In this document: positions 21,113 to 37,422 of the stretch, in pieces
How the letters are laid out: each line of letters begins with the position of its first letter
How positions within the stretch are numbered: the first letter of the stretch is position 1
Source of the DNA: Actinomycetota bacterium
Lineage (GTDB): Bacteria; Actinomycetota; Actinomycetes; Mycobacteriales; Mycobacteriaceae
Assembly (NCBI GenBank): GCA_030836785.1
Contig: JAUPLT010000304.1
Location: 1 to 58,827, forward strand
Direction: 5' to 3'
DNA: 58,827 bases
Notes under the pieces: model-generated
Databases searched by the model: none
Told to the model about the DNA's origin: nothing
Seen by the model: only the letters and a program-made list of their open reading frames with translations
Translations under genes and position numbers: made by a program

Positions 21113-22869
21113 GGTGACTCAGCGTAGGCGGCAGGCGCCGACGACGCGGACGGTGGTGGCCCTGGCGGGCCGTCCCCGGTGGTTGACCTGGTGATCGGCC
21201 GGTCGGGGGAGTCGGCCCCCGGATCGGGGTCCTCGCCGCTGTACCGCTCGTGGGTGCCCGGGACGACGCGCCACGGCAGTCGGGTGAATGTCACCCCGAT
21301 CAGGGTCAGGACGATCACCGTGCTGGCCACGGTCGCGTCGATGATCTGGAAGAGCGCGAATCGGTCCCCGTTTGCGGTGGGCCCGAAAATCCCGACGATG
21401 AGGGTGACGGCGATCGCTGCGATCCGGAACCGTGGCTGCGTCGCCCAGGCGGCCAACGGGATGATCGCCCACAGCAGGTACCACGGTTGCACCACCGGGA
21501 ACAGCAGCACCGTCGCGCCGAGGGCGACGCCGAGTCCACCGACGGGATGTAAACGTCCACGCAGCACCGCGAACAGCAGCCAGCTCACGATGCCGGTGAT
21601 GATGAGAACGCCCATCGCGCGGGTCAGCGATAGCACGGCGGTGGTGTGGTCTCCCAGTCCCAGCAGGATGCCGATCTGACCGGTGCCCAGGGCTAGCAGC
21701 GTCGGTGGTGACATCCAACTGCGCACCACATTGGCGGTGCCGAGGGTGAACAGCCACCCGAACCCGAGACCGCTGGCCCAGCCGATGACCGCCATCACGG
21801 CCACGGCCAGTGCACCGGTGAGTAGGCCGGCCCGGATGGCAGCCAGGATGGTGCCGCCCCACCGATACGCCAATGCCATGGTGGTGAACCCCAGTGCCAG
21901 CAAGCCGGGCAGCTTGACTTGTGAGGACATCACGATGAGCACCGTGCCGCAGCCCAGCAACGCCAGCGGCGCCCACCGCGTCCAGTCGGCACGTGTGCGC
22001 GGCCAGCGCAGGGGCCTCGGGAGCAGCGGAGCCGCGGAGTCGATCCCGCGCAGCGTGATCTCGGTGCCGGTCAGCATCAGGCCCAGCATCAACGCTTCGT
22101 TGTGGATGCCGGCAACCAGATGCATGATCAGCAGCGGATTGGCGGCCCCGAGCCACAGGGCAGTGACTTCGGCGACTCCGCACCGGCGGGCCAACCGCGG
22201 GGTGGCCCAGACGATCATCCCGACGCCGATGAGGACGACGAGGCGATGGGACAGCACCGCCGCGACGATGTTCTCCCCGGTGATCGCCGAGATGCCGCGT
22301 CCAATCCACAGGAAGAGCGGGCCGTAGGGGGCTGGGGTCTCCCGCCACAGACTGGGTACCGAAAGGGTGAACACGTGGTCGAGGCCCAACCCGGGCGCGG
22401 GGCCGACTTTGTAGGGGTCCAGGCCGATCCGGGTGATCTGGCTCTGCGCCAGGTAGGAGTAGACATCCTTGCTGTACATCGGCGGGGCGATCAGCAACGG
22501 CACCATCCACAGCAGCAGGGTGCGGTCGAGTTGGCTGCGTGACATTCGGCGTGGTCCCAGGGCGAACCGGCCCAGCATCAGCCAGGCCAGGGCCATCATC
22601 ACCGCGCCGGTGGTCGTCATCGTCAGCGATACGGTCTGGAGCCGCGAGGGCAGGTTGAGAAGTCGGACGCCGAAGGTGGGGTCCTGCACTACCGGGCGGG
22701 CGCCTGCGCCCAGCGCCCCGATCCCCATCAGGACGGTTCCGGTGGCACCGAACAGCCGGGTGCGACGCATGGCCAGGAGTTCGGCGGCGTTGAGGGGGGA
22801 GCCCACGGTCCGCTCATCGCCGTGCAGGCGGGCGATCGACGAACTCAGGGACAGCTGGCGGGCAGCCAC
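21109..22869 (-). CDS. mptB: Alpha-(1->6)-mannopyranosyltransferase B (GT-C)
   Basis: PPMYSKDVYSYLAQ, TPAPYGP, HNEALM, QPWYLLW; divergent from sufR as for Rv1459c. TACAGT lies 6 nt before the GTG start (leaderless-like). Confidence 0.93.
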   Translation of the reverse strand: MAARQLSLSSSIARLHGDERTVGSPLNAAELLAMRRTRLFGATGTVLMGIGALGAGARPVVQDPTFGVRLLNLPSRLQTVSLTMTTTGAVMMALAWLMLGRFALGPRRMSRSQLDRTLLLWMVPLLIAPPMYSKDVYSYLAQSQITRIGLDPYKVGPAPGLGLDHVFTLSVPSLWRETPAPYGPLFLWIGRGISAITGENIVAAVLSHRLVVLIGVGMIVWATPRLARRCGVAEVTALWLGAANPLLIMHLVAGIHNEALMLGLMLTGTEITLRGIDSAAPLLPRPLRWPRTRADWTRWAPLALLGCGTVLIVMSSQVKLPGLLALGFTTMALAYRWGGTILAAIRAGLLTGALAVAVMAVIGWASGLGFGWLFTLGTANVVRSWMSPPTLLALGTGQIGILLGLGDHTTAVLSLTRAMGVLIITGIVSWLLFAVLRGRLHPVGGLGVALGATVLLFPVVQPWYLLWAIIPLAAWATQPRFRIAAIAVTLIVGIFGPTANGDRFALFQIIDATVASTVIVLTLIGVTFTRLPWRVVPGTHERYSGEDPDPGADSPDRPITRSTTGDGPPGPPPSASSAPAAYAESP

Positions 22870-22943
22870 GGGAGAACTGTAACCGGCTGCGGGATATCGC
22901 CCCGGCGAAGCGGCGCCGCAGTGCGACCGAAGCCGGACGGAAG

Positions 22944-22962
22944 TGAGGGTGCCCTTCCTAGA
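22944..22962. promoter_or_regulatory. Possible weak IdeR box upstream of sufR
   Basis: TGAGGGTGCCCTTCCTAGA matches about 11 of 19 positions of TWAGGTWAGSCTWACCTWA by eye; plausible context (Fe-S operon). Confidence 0.3.
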
Positions 22963-22973
22963 CCTGTTCGCCT

Positions 22974-23001
22974 AATTGCATCACACTGATGTTGTGAAAT
23001 T
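22974..23001 (+). promoter_or_regulatory. SufR operator-like inverted repeat overlapping the leaderless sufR promoter and start
   Basis: AATTgcaTCACA-ctgatgt-TGTGA-AATT; CACACT -10-like hexamer 6 nt before GTG 22994. Confidence 0.7.
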
Positions 23002-23731
23002 GGGGTCCGATCCGTCGCCGGTGCCGAGTGCGGTATCGGCGCAGGACGGTGCCACCCGCCGGGAGATCGTTCGGCTGCTGGTGGAGTCGGGCTCGATCAC
23101 CGCCGCGGAGATCGGTGGCAAGCTCGGGATTTCCACGGCCGGGGTGCGGCGACACCTGGAGGCGCTCGTCGATGACGGCGACGCCGAGGCGCACCCCGCG
23201 GCACCCTGGCAGCACGTGGGCCGCGGCCGGCCGGCCAAGCGGTATCGGCTGACGGCGGCGGGACGCAACAAACTCGAGCACACCTATGACGACCTGGCGT
23301 CCGCCGCGATCCGTCAGTTGCGGGAGATCGGCGGAGACGACGCCGTGCGCACCTTCGCGCGCCGCCGGATCGACACCATCCTCTCCGGCGTGCCGCCGGT
23401 GCGCTCCACCGCCGACCACGCCGTCGAGGAGGCGGCTGAGAAGGTCGCCGACGCCCTGACCCAGGCCGGCTACGCCACCACCACGACCCGGGTGGGCGGG
23501 CCGCTGCGAGGCATCCAGATCTGCCAGCACCACTGCCCGGTCTCCCATGTCGCGGCGGAGTTTCCAGAACTGTGCGAAGCCGAGCAGCAGGCCATCTCCG
23601 AGGTGCTGGGCAGTCACGTACAGCTATTGGCCTCGATCGTCAACGGCGACTGCGCCTGCACCACCCATGTTCCGCTGCACCACACCACCCCACCGGATGA
23701 GCAACTCGATGAGCTAGGAGCGTCGCAATGA
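22994..23731 (+). CDS. sufR: Fe-S cluster operon regulator SufR (Rv1460-like)
   Basis: Winged HTH ([23 protein letters not shown]) and Cys ligands CQHHCP, ELCEAE, GDCAC. Confidence 0.94.
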   Translation: MKLGSDPSPVPSAVSAQDGATRREIVRLLVESGSITAAEIGGKLGISTAGVRRHLEALVDDGDAEAHPAAPWQHVGRGRPAKRYRLTAAGRNKLEHTYDDLASAAIRQLREIGGDDAVRTFARRRIDTILSGVPPVRSTADHAVEEAAEKVADALTQAGYATTTTRVGGPLRGIQICQHHCPVSHVAAEFPELCEAEQQAISEVLGSHVQLLASIVNGDCACTTHVPLHHTTPPDEQLDELGASQ

Positions 23732-26295
23732 CGACCACCCCGGATACCGCACCCCTCGGCCAGGAGGAGACCATCGCCTCGCTGGGTCACTACGGCTATG
23801 GCTGGTCGGATACCGACATAGCGGGTGCGACCGCCAAACGCGGACTTTCTGAGGCGGTGGTGCGCGACATCTCGGCGAAGAAGAGCGAGCCGGAATGGAT
23901 GTTGGAGACCCGGTTGCGCGCGTTGCGCACCTTCGACAAGAAGCCGATGCCGAATTGGGGTTCCGACCTTCGGGGCATCGATTTCGACAACATCAAGTAC
24001 TTCGTGCGGTCCACCGAGAAGCAGGCGACGTCCTGGGAGGAACTGCCCGAGGACATCAAGCGGACCTATGACCGGCTTGGGATTCCGGAGGCCGAGAAGC
24101 AACGTCTGGTGTCCGGAGTGGCCGCGCAGTACGAGTGCCTCGCCGGTGAAACGCTGGTGTGGACAGCAAATCGCGGGCAGGTTCCGATCAAAGAGATCGC
24201 CCATGGAGACCGCGTTTTCGCCTACGACGAGGATCTTGAGCGATTCGTGGTCGCACCGGTCAAGTCGGCTGCTCAGACCGACACTCGACTGACTCATACG
24301 GTCACCACGACGCGACGCAGCTTGCGGGCCACCGACAACCATCCGATGCTCGTTCTCCGAGACGAACGGAGGCCTGGGCGTCAGCGCGCACGCTTCTCTC
24401 GGCGCTGGGTGCCGGTCGGCGAGATCCGGCCTGGCGACTTCATCGCCGTTCCCCGCCGGATTCCGGAGTTCGGTAGCGCAGTGGAACTTCCCGCGGCGCC
24501 GGGCCTGCAGGCTCCCACCCACAGCACTGTCGATCTGATGTGGCTGCTGGGCCTCTATCTCGGCGATGGCAACCTACACCTGTCGGCCAGGACCTATCGG
24601 GTGCAGTTCGCGATTCCGGCCACCGATGTCGAACTCCGGGCTGAGTTGATCCGAGTAGTGGGAGATCTCTTCGGCCTCCGCTGCATCGAAGCCGACGAGT
24701 ACCGCGTCGTGGTGAACTCCAAAGCGCTGACCGAGTGGATCGTCGCGCTGGGCTTCGATGGCCTGTCGTTGACCAAGCGGGTACCGGACTGGGTCTTTTC
24801 GACCCCGGTCGATCAGCGGTTGGCTTTCCTCGGCGGTTGGATTGACGCCGATGGCTACGTTCGGCCCGAGCAGAGCGGCTCCGTCGTGTTGACGTCCGCG
24901 AACGATCCGCTCATCCGGCAAGCTCGCGAACTCGCTGAGCTCTCGGGGCTTAGGGCCGGAGGCCCGTGGAAGTTCACCCAGCCCTATCGCCATGCACCGG
25001 AACGCACGCAGATTGCCTTCCGTTTAGGCATCTCCGGTGACTTCGAGAAGCTCGGTTGTCGCAATTCGAAGCGAACCGATCGCTTCGGCCGCAGGCGCTA
25101 CGCACATTCTTCGTCCGCTTCGCACGGGACGACGATCCGTGCGCACTGCAATGACTGGCTCGGTTTCGAGCGGGTGAAGTCCGTGGAGCCGTTTGCCGTC
25201 GAACCGGTCTTCGATATCGAAGTGGATGGGCCCCACAACTTCGTGGCAGAGGGGTTGGTCGCCCACAACTCCGAGGTGGTTTACCACCAGATTCGTGAAG
25301 ACCTTGAGGCGCAAGGGGTTATCTTCCTCGACACCGATTCGGGGCTGCGCGAACACCCGGAAGTGTTCAAGCAGAACTTCGGCTCGGTGATCCCGGCGGG
25401 CGACAACAAGTTCTCCGCGCTCAACACCGCGGTGTGGTCCGGTGGTTCGTTCATCTACGTCCCGCCGGGTGTGCACGTCGACATCCCCCTGCAGGCCTAC
25501 TTCCGGATCAACACCGAGAACATGGGTCAGTTCGAGCGGACCTTGATCATTGCCGACGAGGGTTCCTACGTGCATTACGTGGAAGGGTGCACCGCCCCCA
25601 TCTACAAGAGCGATTCCCTGCATTCGGCGGTGGTGGAGATCATCGTCAAACCTCATGCGCGCGTTCGCTATACGACCATTCAGAACTGGTCCAACAACGT
25701 CTACAATCTGGTCACCAAACGGGCCCGCGCCGAAGCCGGCGCCACCATGGAGTGGGTCGACGGGAACATCGGGTCGAAGGTCACCATGAAGTACCCGGCG
25801 GTGTGGATGACCGGGGAGCACGCCAAGGGGGAGGTGCTCTCGATCGCCTTCGCCGGTGAGGGCCAACACCAGGACACCGGGGCGAAAATGCTGCACCTGG
25901 CGCCCAACACGTCGAGCAATATCGTGTCGAAGTCGGTGGCCCGTGGCGGTGGCCGTGCCTCCTACCGCGGCCTGGTCCAGGTGAACAAGGGTGCCCATGG
26001 TTCCCGTTCCAGCGTGAAATGCGATGCGCTGCTGGTCGATACGATCAGCCGCAGCGACACCTACCCGTACGTCGACATCCGCGAGGATGACGTCACGATG
26101 GGTCACGAGGCCACGGTCTCGAAGGTCAGCGAGGACCAGATGTTCTACCTGATGAGCCGCGGTATGACCGAGGACGAGGCGATGGCCATGGTGGTTCGCG
26201 GCTTCGTCGAGCCGATCGCCAAGGAACTGCCGATGGAGTACGCCCTGGAGCTCAATCGGCTCATCGAACTGCAAATGGAAGGCTCGGTCGGCTGA
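23728..26295 (+). CDS. sufB: Fe-S cluster assembly protein SufB (Pps1), intein-containing precursor (855 aa; about 477 aa after splicing)
   Basis: SufB N-extein ...GVAAQYE; C-extein SEVVYH...GQFERTLII...HYVEGCTAP...[11 protein letters not shown]. Confidence 0.97.
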   Translation: MTTTPDTAPLGQEETIASLGHYGYGWSDTDIAGATAKRGLSEAVVRDISAKKSEPEWMLETRLRALRTFDKKPMPNWGSDLRGIDFDNIKYFVRSTEKQATSWEELPEDIKRTYDRLGIPEAEKQRLVSGVAAQYECLAGETLVWTANRGQVPIKEIAHGDRVFAYDEDLERFVVAPVKSAAQTDTRLTHTVTTTRRSLRATDNHPMLVLRDERRPGRQRARFSRRWVPVGEIRPGDFIAVPRRIPEFGSAVELPAAPGLQAPTHSTVDLMWLLGLYLGDGNLHLSARTYRVQFAIPATDVELRAELIRVVGDLFGLRCIEADEYRVVVNSKALTEWIVALGFDGLSLTKRVPDWVFSTPVDQRLAFLGGWIDADGYVRPEQSGSVVLTSANDPLIRQARELAELSGLRAGGPWKFTQPYRHAPERTQIAFRLGISGDFEKLGCRNSKRTDRFGRRRYAHSSSASHGTTIRAHCNDWLGFERVKSVEPFAVEPVFDIEVDGPHNFVAEGLVAHNSEVVYHQIREDLEAQGVIFLDTDSGLREHPEVFKQNFGSVIPAGDNKFSALNTAVWSGGSFIYVPPGVHVDIPLQAYFRINTENMGQFERTLIIADEGSYVHYVEGCTAPIYKSDSLHSAVVEIIVKPHARVRYTTIQNWSNNVYNLVTKRARAEAGATMEWVDGNIGSKVTMKYPAVWMTGEHAKGEVLSIAFAGEGQHQDTGAKMLHLAPNTSSNIVSKSVARGGGRASYRGLVQVNKGAHGSRSSVKCDALLVDTISRSDTYPYVDIREDDVTMGHEATVSKVSEDQMFYLMSRGMTEDEAMAMVVRGFVEPIAKELPMEYALELNRLIELQMEGSVG
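24136..25269 (+). mobile_element. Intein with LAGLIDADG homing endonuclease (378 aa) in sufB
   Basis: Block [60 protein letters not shown]; +1 residue is Ser. Confidence 0.96.
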
Positions 26296-27473
26296 TGGGA
26301 AATCTCACTGAAGCCGTCGAGTCCATCGGTGCCAACAAGGGTGAGCAGTTCGCGAGCTTCGACGTCGCGGCCTTCGAGGTTCCCGGCGGTCGTGACGAAC
26401 TCTGGCGATTCACCCCACTGAAGCGGCTGCGCGGTCTTCACGACGGCTCCGCCCCGCGGACCGCGGACGCGGCCGTCACGGTGTCCGAGCAGGCCGGGGT
26501 CACCGTAGAGCCGGTGCATCGGGATGACAAGCGACTCGGACAGGCGGGTGTACCCGCCGACCGTGTTGCGGCACAGGCGTTCTCATCATTTCAGCGGGCG
26601 ACCGTCGTCACTGTTGCCCGGGGAGTGCAGACCGTCGCACCGGTCGAGATCGCCATCACCGGTCCGGGTTCAGGCCAGACCGCCTACGGGCACCTGCAGA
26701 TCCGGGTCGAGGAGACCGCCGAGGCCGCGGTCGTCATCGACCTGCGCGGCAGCGGAACCTACGCCGACAACGTCGAGTTCCTCGTCGCAGACGCGGCACG
26801 GCTCACTGTGGTGTGGATCGCCGACTGGGCCGCTGACATGGTGAACCTGAGCGCCCAGCATGCCCGGTTGGGCAGGGACTCGGTTCTGCGGCACGTCGCC
26901 GTGACTCTCGGTGGCGAGCTTGTGCGGATGGCGACAACCGTGCGCTACGACGCTCCGGGCGGCGACGCCGAGTTGCTCGGCCTGTACTTCGCCGACGCCG
27001 GTCAGCATCAGGAGTCCCGGCTTCTGGTCGACCACTCCCAGCCCAACTGCCGATCAAATGTGCTCTACAAGGGTGCGCTTCAGGGTGATCCGGCCGCCGG
27101 AACGCCCGACGCCCACACCGTCTGGGTGGGCGACGTGCTGATCCGCGCTGAAGCGACCGGTACCGATACTTTCGAGGTCAACCGAAACCTGGTGCTCACC
27201 GACGGTGCCCGTGCCGACTCAGTGCCCAACCTGGAGATCGAGACGGGGGAGATCGTCGGAGCCGGGCATGCCAGCGCCACCGGCCGCTTTGACGACGAGC
27301 AACTGTTCTACCTCCGAGCCCGCGGCATCCCGGAGGAACAGGCGCGGCGGCTGGTCGTCCGCGGCTTCTTCGGCGAAATCATCTCCAAGATCGCGATCCC
27401 CGAGATCCGCGAGCGGCTGACCGACGCAATCGAAAACGAACTGGCCATCACCGAATCGAAAGCTAATTCATGA
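26295..27473 (+). CDS. sufD: Fe-S cluster assembly protein SufD
   Basis: WRFTPLKRL, YKGALQG, ADSVPNLEIETGEI, GHASATGRFDDEQLFYL; TGATG overlap with sufB. Confidence 0.96.
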   Translation: MGNLTEAVESIGANKGEQFASFDVAAFEVPGGRDELWRFTPLKRLRGLHDGSAPRTADAAVTVSEQAGVTVEPVHRDDKRLGQAGVPADRVAAQAFSSFQRATVVTVARGVQTVAPVEIAITGPGSGQTAYGHLQIRVEETAEAAVVIDLRGSGTYADNVEFLVADAARLTVVWIADWAADMVNLSAQHARLGRDSVLRHVAVTLGGELVRMATTVRYDAPGGDAELLGLYFADAGQHQESRLLVDHSQPNCRSNVLYKGALQGDPAAGTPDAHTVWVGDVLIRAEATGTDTFEVNRNLVLTDGARADSVPNLEIETGEIVGAGHASATGRFDDEQLFYLRARGIPEEQARRLVVRGFFGEIISKIAIPEIRERLTDAIENELAITESKANS

Positions 27474-28237
27474 GCACCCTGAAGATCACCGATCTGCACG
27501 TCTCCATCACCAATCCCGACGGCACCGAGAAGGAGATCCTCAAGGGGGTCGACCTGACGGTCAACTCGGGGGAGACCCATGCGGTCATGGGTCCCAACGG
27601 ATCTGGTAAGTCGACGTTGTCCTACGCCATCGCAGGGCACCCGAAGTACACCGTCACCTCGGGGGCGATCACCCTCGACGGCGAGGACGTGCTGGAGATG
27701 AGCGTCGACGAGCGAGCCCGGGCCGGCCTGTTTCTGGCCATGCAGTACCCCGTCGAGGTCCCCGGGGTGTCGATGTCGAACTTCCTGCGCACGGCGGCGA
27801 CCGCGGTACGCGGGGAGGCCCCCAAGCTGCGGCACTGGGTCAAGGAGGTCAAGGCTGCGATGGTCGACCTGGAGATCGACCCGCAGTTCGCCGAACGCAG
27901 CGTGAACGAGGGCTTCTCCGGTGGAGAGAAGAAGCGCCACGAAATCCTGCAACTCGGCCTGCTGAAGCCGAAGATCGCGATTCTGGATGAGACCGACTCC
28001 GGCTTGGACGTCGACGCGCTGCGGGTGGTCAGTGAGGGGGTGAACCGGTTTTCGGAGGCGGAGAATGCCGGCGTCCTGCTGATCACCCACTACACCCGCA
28101 TCCTGCGCTACATCCATCCCCAGTTCGTGCACGTGTTCGTCGACGGCCGGATCGTGGAGTCCGGCGGACCGGAACTCGCCGACGAACTGGAGGAGAACGG
28201 CTACGTGCGCTTCACCCGCGCGACAGCCTCGACGTAG
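27470..28237 (+). CDS. sufC: Fe-S cluster assembly ATPase SufC
   Basis: GPNGSGKST, FLAMQYPVEVPG, GFSGGEKKR, ILDETDSGLD. Confidence 0.97.
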   Translation: MSTLKITDLHVSITNPDGTEKEILKGVDLTVNSGETHAVMGPNGSGKSTLSYAIAGHPKYTVTSGAITLDGEDVLEMSVDERARAGLFLAMQYPVEVPGVSMSNFLRTAATAVRGEAPKLRHWVKEVKAAMVDLEIDPQFAERSVNEGFSGGEKKRHEILQLGLLKPKIAILDETDSGLDVDALRVVSEGVNRFSEAENAGVLLITHYTRILRYIHPQFVHVFVDGRIVESGGPELADELEENGYVRFTRATAST

Positions 28238-28243
28238 GACTGA

Positions 28244-29539
<1,296 letters not shown>

Positions 29540-29544
29540 CGGAT

Positions 29545-30012
29545 ATGCGAATCGAGCAGATGTACCAGGACGTCATCCTGGATCACTACAAGCGCCCGCA
29601 TCACCGGGGACTGCGGGAGCCTTTCGCCGCCGAGGTGCATCACGTCAACCCGACCTGCGGTGACGAAGTGACGTTGCGGGTGACCCTGTCCGAGAACGGG
29701 GATCGCATCGTCGACGTGTCCTACGACGGGCAGGGTTGCTCGATCAGTCAGGCGGCCACGTCGGTGCTGGCCGATCAGGTGATCGGCCAGACAATCGACG
29801 ACGCGTTGCGGACCGTCACGGCCTTCTCCGACATGGTGTCGTCCCGGGGCGCGGTCGAGGGTGATGAGGACCTGCTCGGCGACGGTATCGCCTTCGCCGG
29901 GGTGTCGAAGTATCCGGCGCGGGTCAAGTGCGCGTTACTGGGGTGGCTTGCGTTCAAGGCCGCCGTTGCGGAGGCGGCAGCATTCACGGTGGATTCCACC
30001 GTCAGGACATGA
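29545..30012 (+). CDS. sufU: SUF system sulfur-transfer protein SufU
   Basis: YQDVILDHYK, NPTCGD, GCSISQA, RVKCALL. Confidence 0.96.
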   Translation: MRIEQMYQDVILDHYKRPHHRGLREPFAAEVHHVNPTCGDEVTLRVTLSENGDRIVDVSYDGQGCSISQAATSVLADQVIGQTIDDALRTVTAFSDMVSSRGAVEGDEDLLGDGIAFAGVSKYPARVKCALLGWLAFKAAVAEAAAFTVDSTVRT

Positions 30013-30022
30013 GGGAGAGACG

Positions 30023-30388
30023 ATGACAGAAACCACCTCTGACGGACTGCTGGCCGACCTTGAGGAAGCCATGCGTGACGTGGTGGATCCCGAACTCGGC
30101 ATCAACGTCGTCGACCTGGGCCTGGTTTACGGGCTCAGCCTGGAGAAGGCCGTAGAAGGAGTGCCGGAGGGCGGAACACCGGGCACGGTGGCCGTGATCG
30201 ACATGACCCTGACGTCGGCGGCCTGCCCGCTCACCGACGTCATCGAGGACCAGACGCTCAACGCCCTCGTCGGAACCGGACTGGTAGACCAGATCAGGAT
30301 CAACTGGGTGTGGAACCCGCCGTGGGGTCCGGACAAGATCACCGACGACGGCCGGGACCAGCTGCGCGCTCTGGGCTTCACCGTCTGA
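30023..30388 (+). CDS. sufT: DUF59 Fe-S maturation factor SufT
   Basis: VVDPELGINVVDLGLVY, MTLTSAACP, WNPPWGP. Start ATG 30023. Confidence 0.93.
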   Translation: MTETTSDGLLADLEEAMRDVVDPELGINVVDLGLVYGLSLEKAVEGVPEGGTPGTVAVIDMTLTSAACPLTDVIEDQTLNALVGTGLVDQIRINWVWNPPWGPDKITDDGRDQLRALGFTV

Positions 30389-30413
30389 GTTTCGATCCCC
30401 GGGAACACCCCCG

Positions 30414-30439
30414 GGAACAAGCGGCGCCGCGGAGGCGTT
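30414..30439 (+). promoter_or_regulatory. SigH/SigE-type promoter of the thioredoxin gene
   Basis: GGAAC-N17-CGTT ending 9 nt before ATG 30449; mycobacterial thioredoxin genes are established SigH targets. Confidence 0.8.
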
Positions 30440-30448
30440 GCCGAGTGC

Positions 30449-30814
30449 ATGGCTACCCGTGACCTCACCGCGCAGGACTTCAACGACACCATCGCCGGCA
30501 ACGACATCGTGCTGGTCGATTTCTGGGCTTCCTGGTGCGGTCCGTGCCGGGCATTCGCGCCCACGTTCACCGCGTCCTCCGAAAAGCACCCCGACATCGT
30601 CTTCGGCAAGGTCGACACCGAGGCCCAGGAACAACTGGCTGCCGCCGCGGAGATTCGGGCCATCCCCACCCTGATGGCCTTCAAGAAGGGCCATCTCGTT
30701 TTCAGCCAGGCCGGTGCCCTGCCCCCCGCTGCGCTGGAGGACCTCATCAATCAGATTCGCGACCTGGACGTCGACGCCGCCGTCGCGGCGGAGTCCTCGG
30801 CCACGGAGGTCTGA
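30449..30814 (+). CDS. trxA: Thioredoxin (Rv1471/TrxB1-like)
   Basis: VDFWASWCGPC, KVDTEAQ, IRAIPTLM. Confidence 0.95.
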   Translation: MATRDLTAQDFNDTIAGNDIVLVDFWASWCGPCRAFAPTFTASSEKHPDIVFGKVDTEAQEQLAAAAEIRAIPTLMAFKKGHLVFSQAGALPPAALEDLINQIRDLDVDAAVAAESSATEV

Positions 30815-30840
30815 TCCGGTTCACGCGGTTGCGTTCACCG

Positions 30841-31659
30841 GTGAGCGAGTCTGATTTGGTCCTGTTGGACCGGCCGCGGCCCGGCGTCGCGCAGGTGACT
30901 CTCAATCGCCCGGAGCGGATGAACTCCATGGCCTTTGATGTCATGGTCCCACTCCGGGCGACCTTGGCCCAACTGCACCGTGACAACGACGTCCGCGTCG
31001 TCGTGCTGACCGGTGCGGGGCGCGGATTTTCCTCTGGTGCAGACCACAAGTCGGCCGGTGCTGTTCCGCATGTCGAGGGCCTCACCCGGCCCTCCTACGC
31101 GCTGCGGTCGATGGAGCTGCTCGACGACGTCGTCCTGGCTATGCGACGCCTGCACCAGCCGATCATCGCGGCCGTCAACGGAGCGGCGATCGGCGGTGGA
31201 CTGTGCCTGGCGTTGGCCGCCGATATCCGAGTGGCATCGGAGGCGGCATACTTCCGGGCGGCCGGAATCAACAACGGACTCACCGCCAGTGAGCTGGGTC
31301 TCAGCTACCTGCTGCCGCGGGCCATCGGCAGTTCCCGGGCGTTCGAGATCATGCTGACCGGCCGCGATGTCGATGCGATCGAGGCCGAACGGATCGGACT
31401 GGTGTCCCGCTGCGTTCCGCCGGAGGCCCTGCTACCGACCTGCCAGGACATCGCTGAGCGCATTGCGGCGTTCTCTCGTCCCGGCACCGAACTGACCAAG
31501 CGAACGCTGTGGTCCGGACTCGACGCCAGTACCCTGGAAGGGCATATGCAGGCTGAAGGCCTCGGGCAACTCTATGTGCGCCTGCTTACCGCCAACTTTG
31601 AAGAAGCGGTTGCTGCGCGCGCCGATCAGCGCGCCCCGGTCTTCACCGACGAGAAATAA
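30841..31659 (+). CDS. echA12: Enoyl-CoA hydratase (EchA12-like)
   Basis: TLNRPERMN, GFSSGAD, IAAVNGAAIGGG; start GTG 30841; synteny with Rv1472. Confidence 0.88.
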   Translation: MSESDLVLLDRPRPGVAQVTLNRPERMNSMAFDVMVPLRATLAQLHRDNDVRVVVLTGAGRGFSSGADHKSAGAVPHVEGLTRPSYALRSMELLDDVVLAMRRLHQPIIAAVNGAAIGGGLCLALAADIRVASEAAYFRAAGINNGLTASELGLSYLLPRAIGSSRAFEIMLTGRDVDAIEAERIGLVSRCVPPEALLPTCQDIAERIAAFSRPGTELTKRTLWSGLDASTLEGHMQAEGLGQLYVRLLTANFEEAVAARADQRAPVFTDEK

Positions 31660-31680
31660 AGAGCAGGAGAGGCGGCTGAA

Positions 31681-33318
<1,638 letters not shown>

Positions 33319-33345
33319 CGGGCCCGGCAGGGGATACTTCCGGAC

Positions 33346-36654
<3,309 letters not shown>

Positions 36655-36788
36655 CTACCGGGTAGCTCGGATTCTAACGTGCGGTCTAGGCCGCCATCGG
36701 GGGGATCGGCGAGCGGCTCGATACTGGTGACGCCCCGTGCGGCGCGTGCCGCCGCCCCGACCGGCCCGGGACGGTACGGTATGGCGTC

Positions 36789-37361
36789 GTGAGCGGCTTC
36801 CCGATCGCCCCGCACCCGGTCTACATCCCGGTGGAGGTCTGCAGCGCTGTCGGTCTGCCGGCTTCGACATCCTTGGGCGCCTGCATGGACAAGGTGCAGG
36901 CCGAGGTCGCCGCTGATGGGGTGGCAGCCCCGGCTGCCGATGTCCCCGGTTTACAGGAGGTCATCCGCGGTGCGGCCGACCGTGGTGTCGACCTGAAGGT
37001 GGTGGTGCTCGCGCAGAGTCCGCCGATCGACACCCCGCTCCGGGATATCGCCACCGAGGTGGGGCAGGCCCATCCCGGGTCGACGGTGCTGGTGCTCAGC
37101 CCCGGCTGGGCCGGTTCCTACAGCACCAGTTACGACCGCGTCTTGCTGGAAGCCGGCCAGGACGTCGCGAAGCTGGCGCCGAATCCGGTTCAAGGGACCC
37201 AGAATTTCGTGGACCAGCTGAACACGCCGATTTTCCCGTGGACCGCCCTCACCGTGTTCTTGCTGATCGGGGTCGCCGGAGCGGCGTTCGCAGCCCGCTT
37301 GCTGCGTCGGGCGGCGGCCCGCAGACCGTCCGGCGACACCTCTGCTGAGCTGGTCGGATGA
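36789..37361 (+). CDS. Conserved membrane protein (Rv1476-like)
   Basis: PPIDTPLRDIATEVG, TVLVLSP, RVLLEAGQD, C-terminal transmembrane segment FPWTAL; divergent from acn. Confidence 0.88.
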   Translation: MSGFPIAPHPVYIPVEVCSAVGLPASTSLGACMDKVQAEVAADGVAAPAADVPGLQEVIRGAADRGVDLKVVVLAQSPPIDTPLRDIATEVGQAHPGSTVLVLSPGWAGSYSTSYDRVLLEAGQDVAKLAPNPVQGTQNFVDQLNTPIFPWTALTVFLLIGVAGAAFAARLLRRAAARRPSGDTSAELVG

Positions 37362-37422
37362 CCGTTCGCGAGAGTTGTCGGGTTCGCACTACCGGACAAC
37401 CGACCCCCGTTATCGTGACGTC

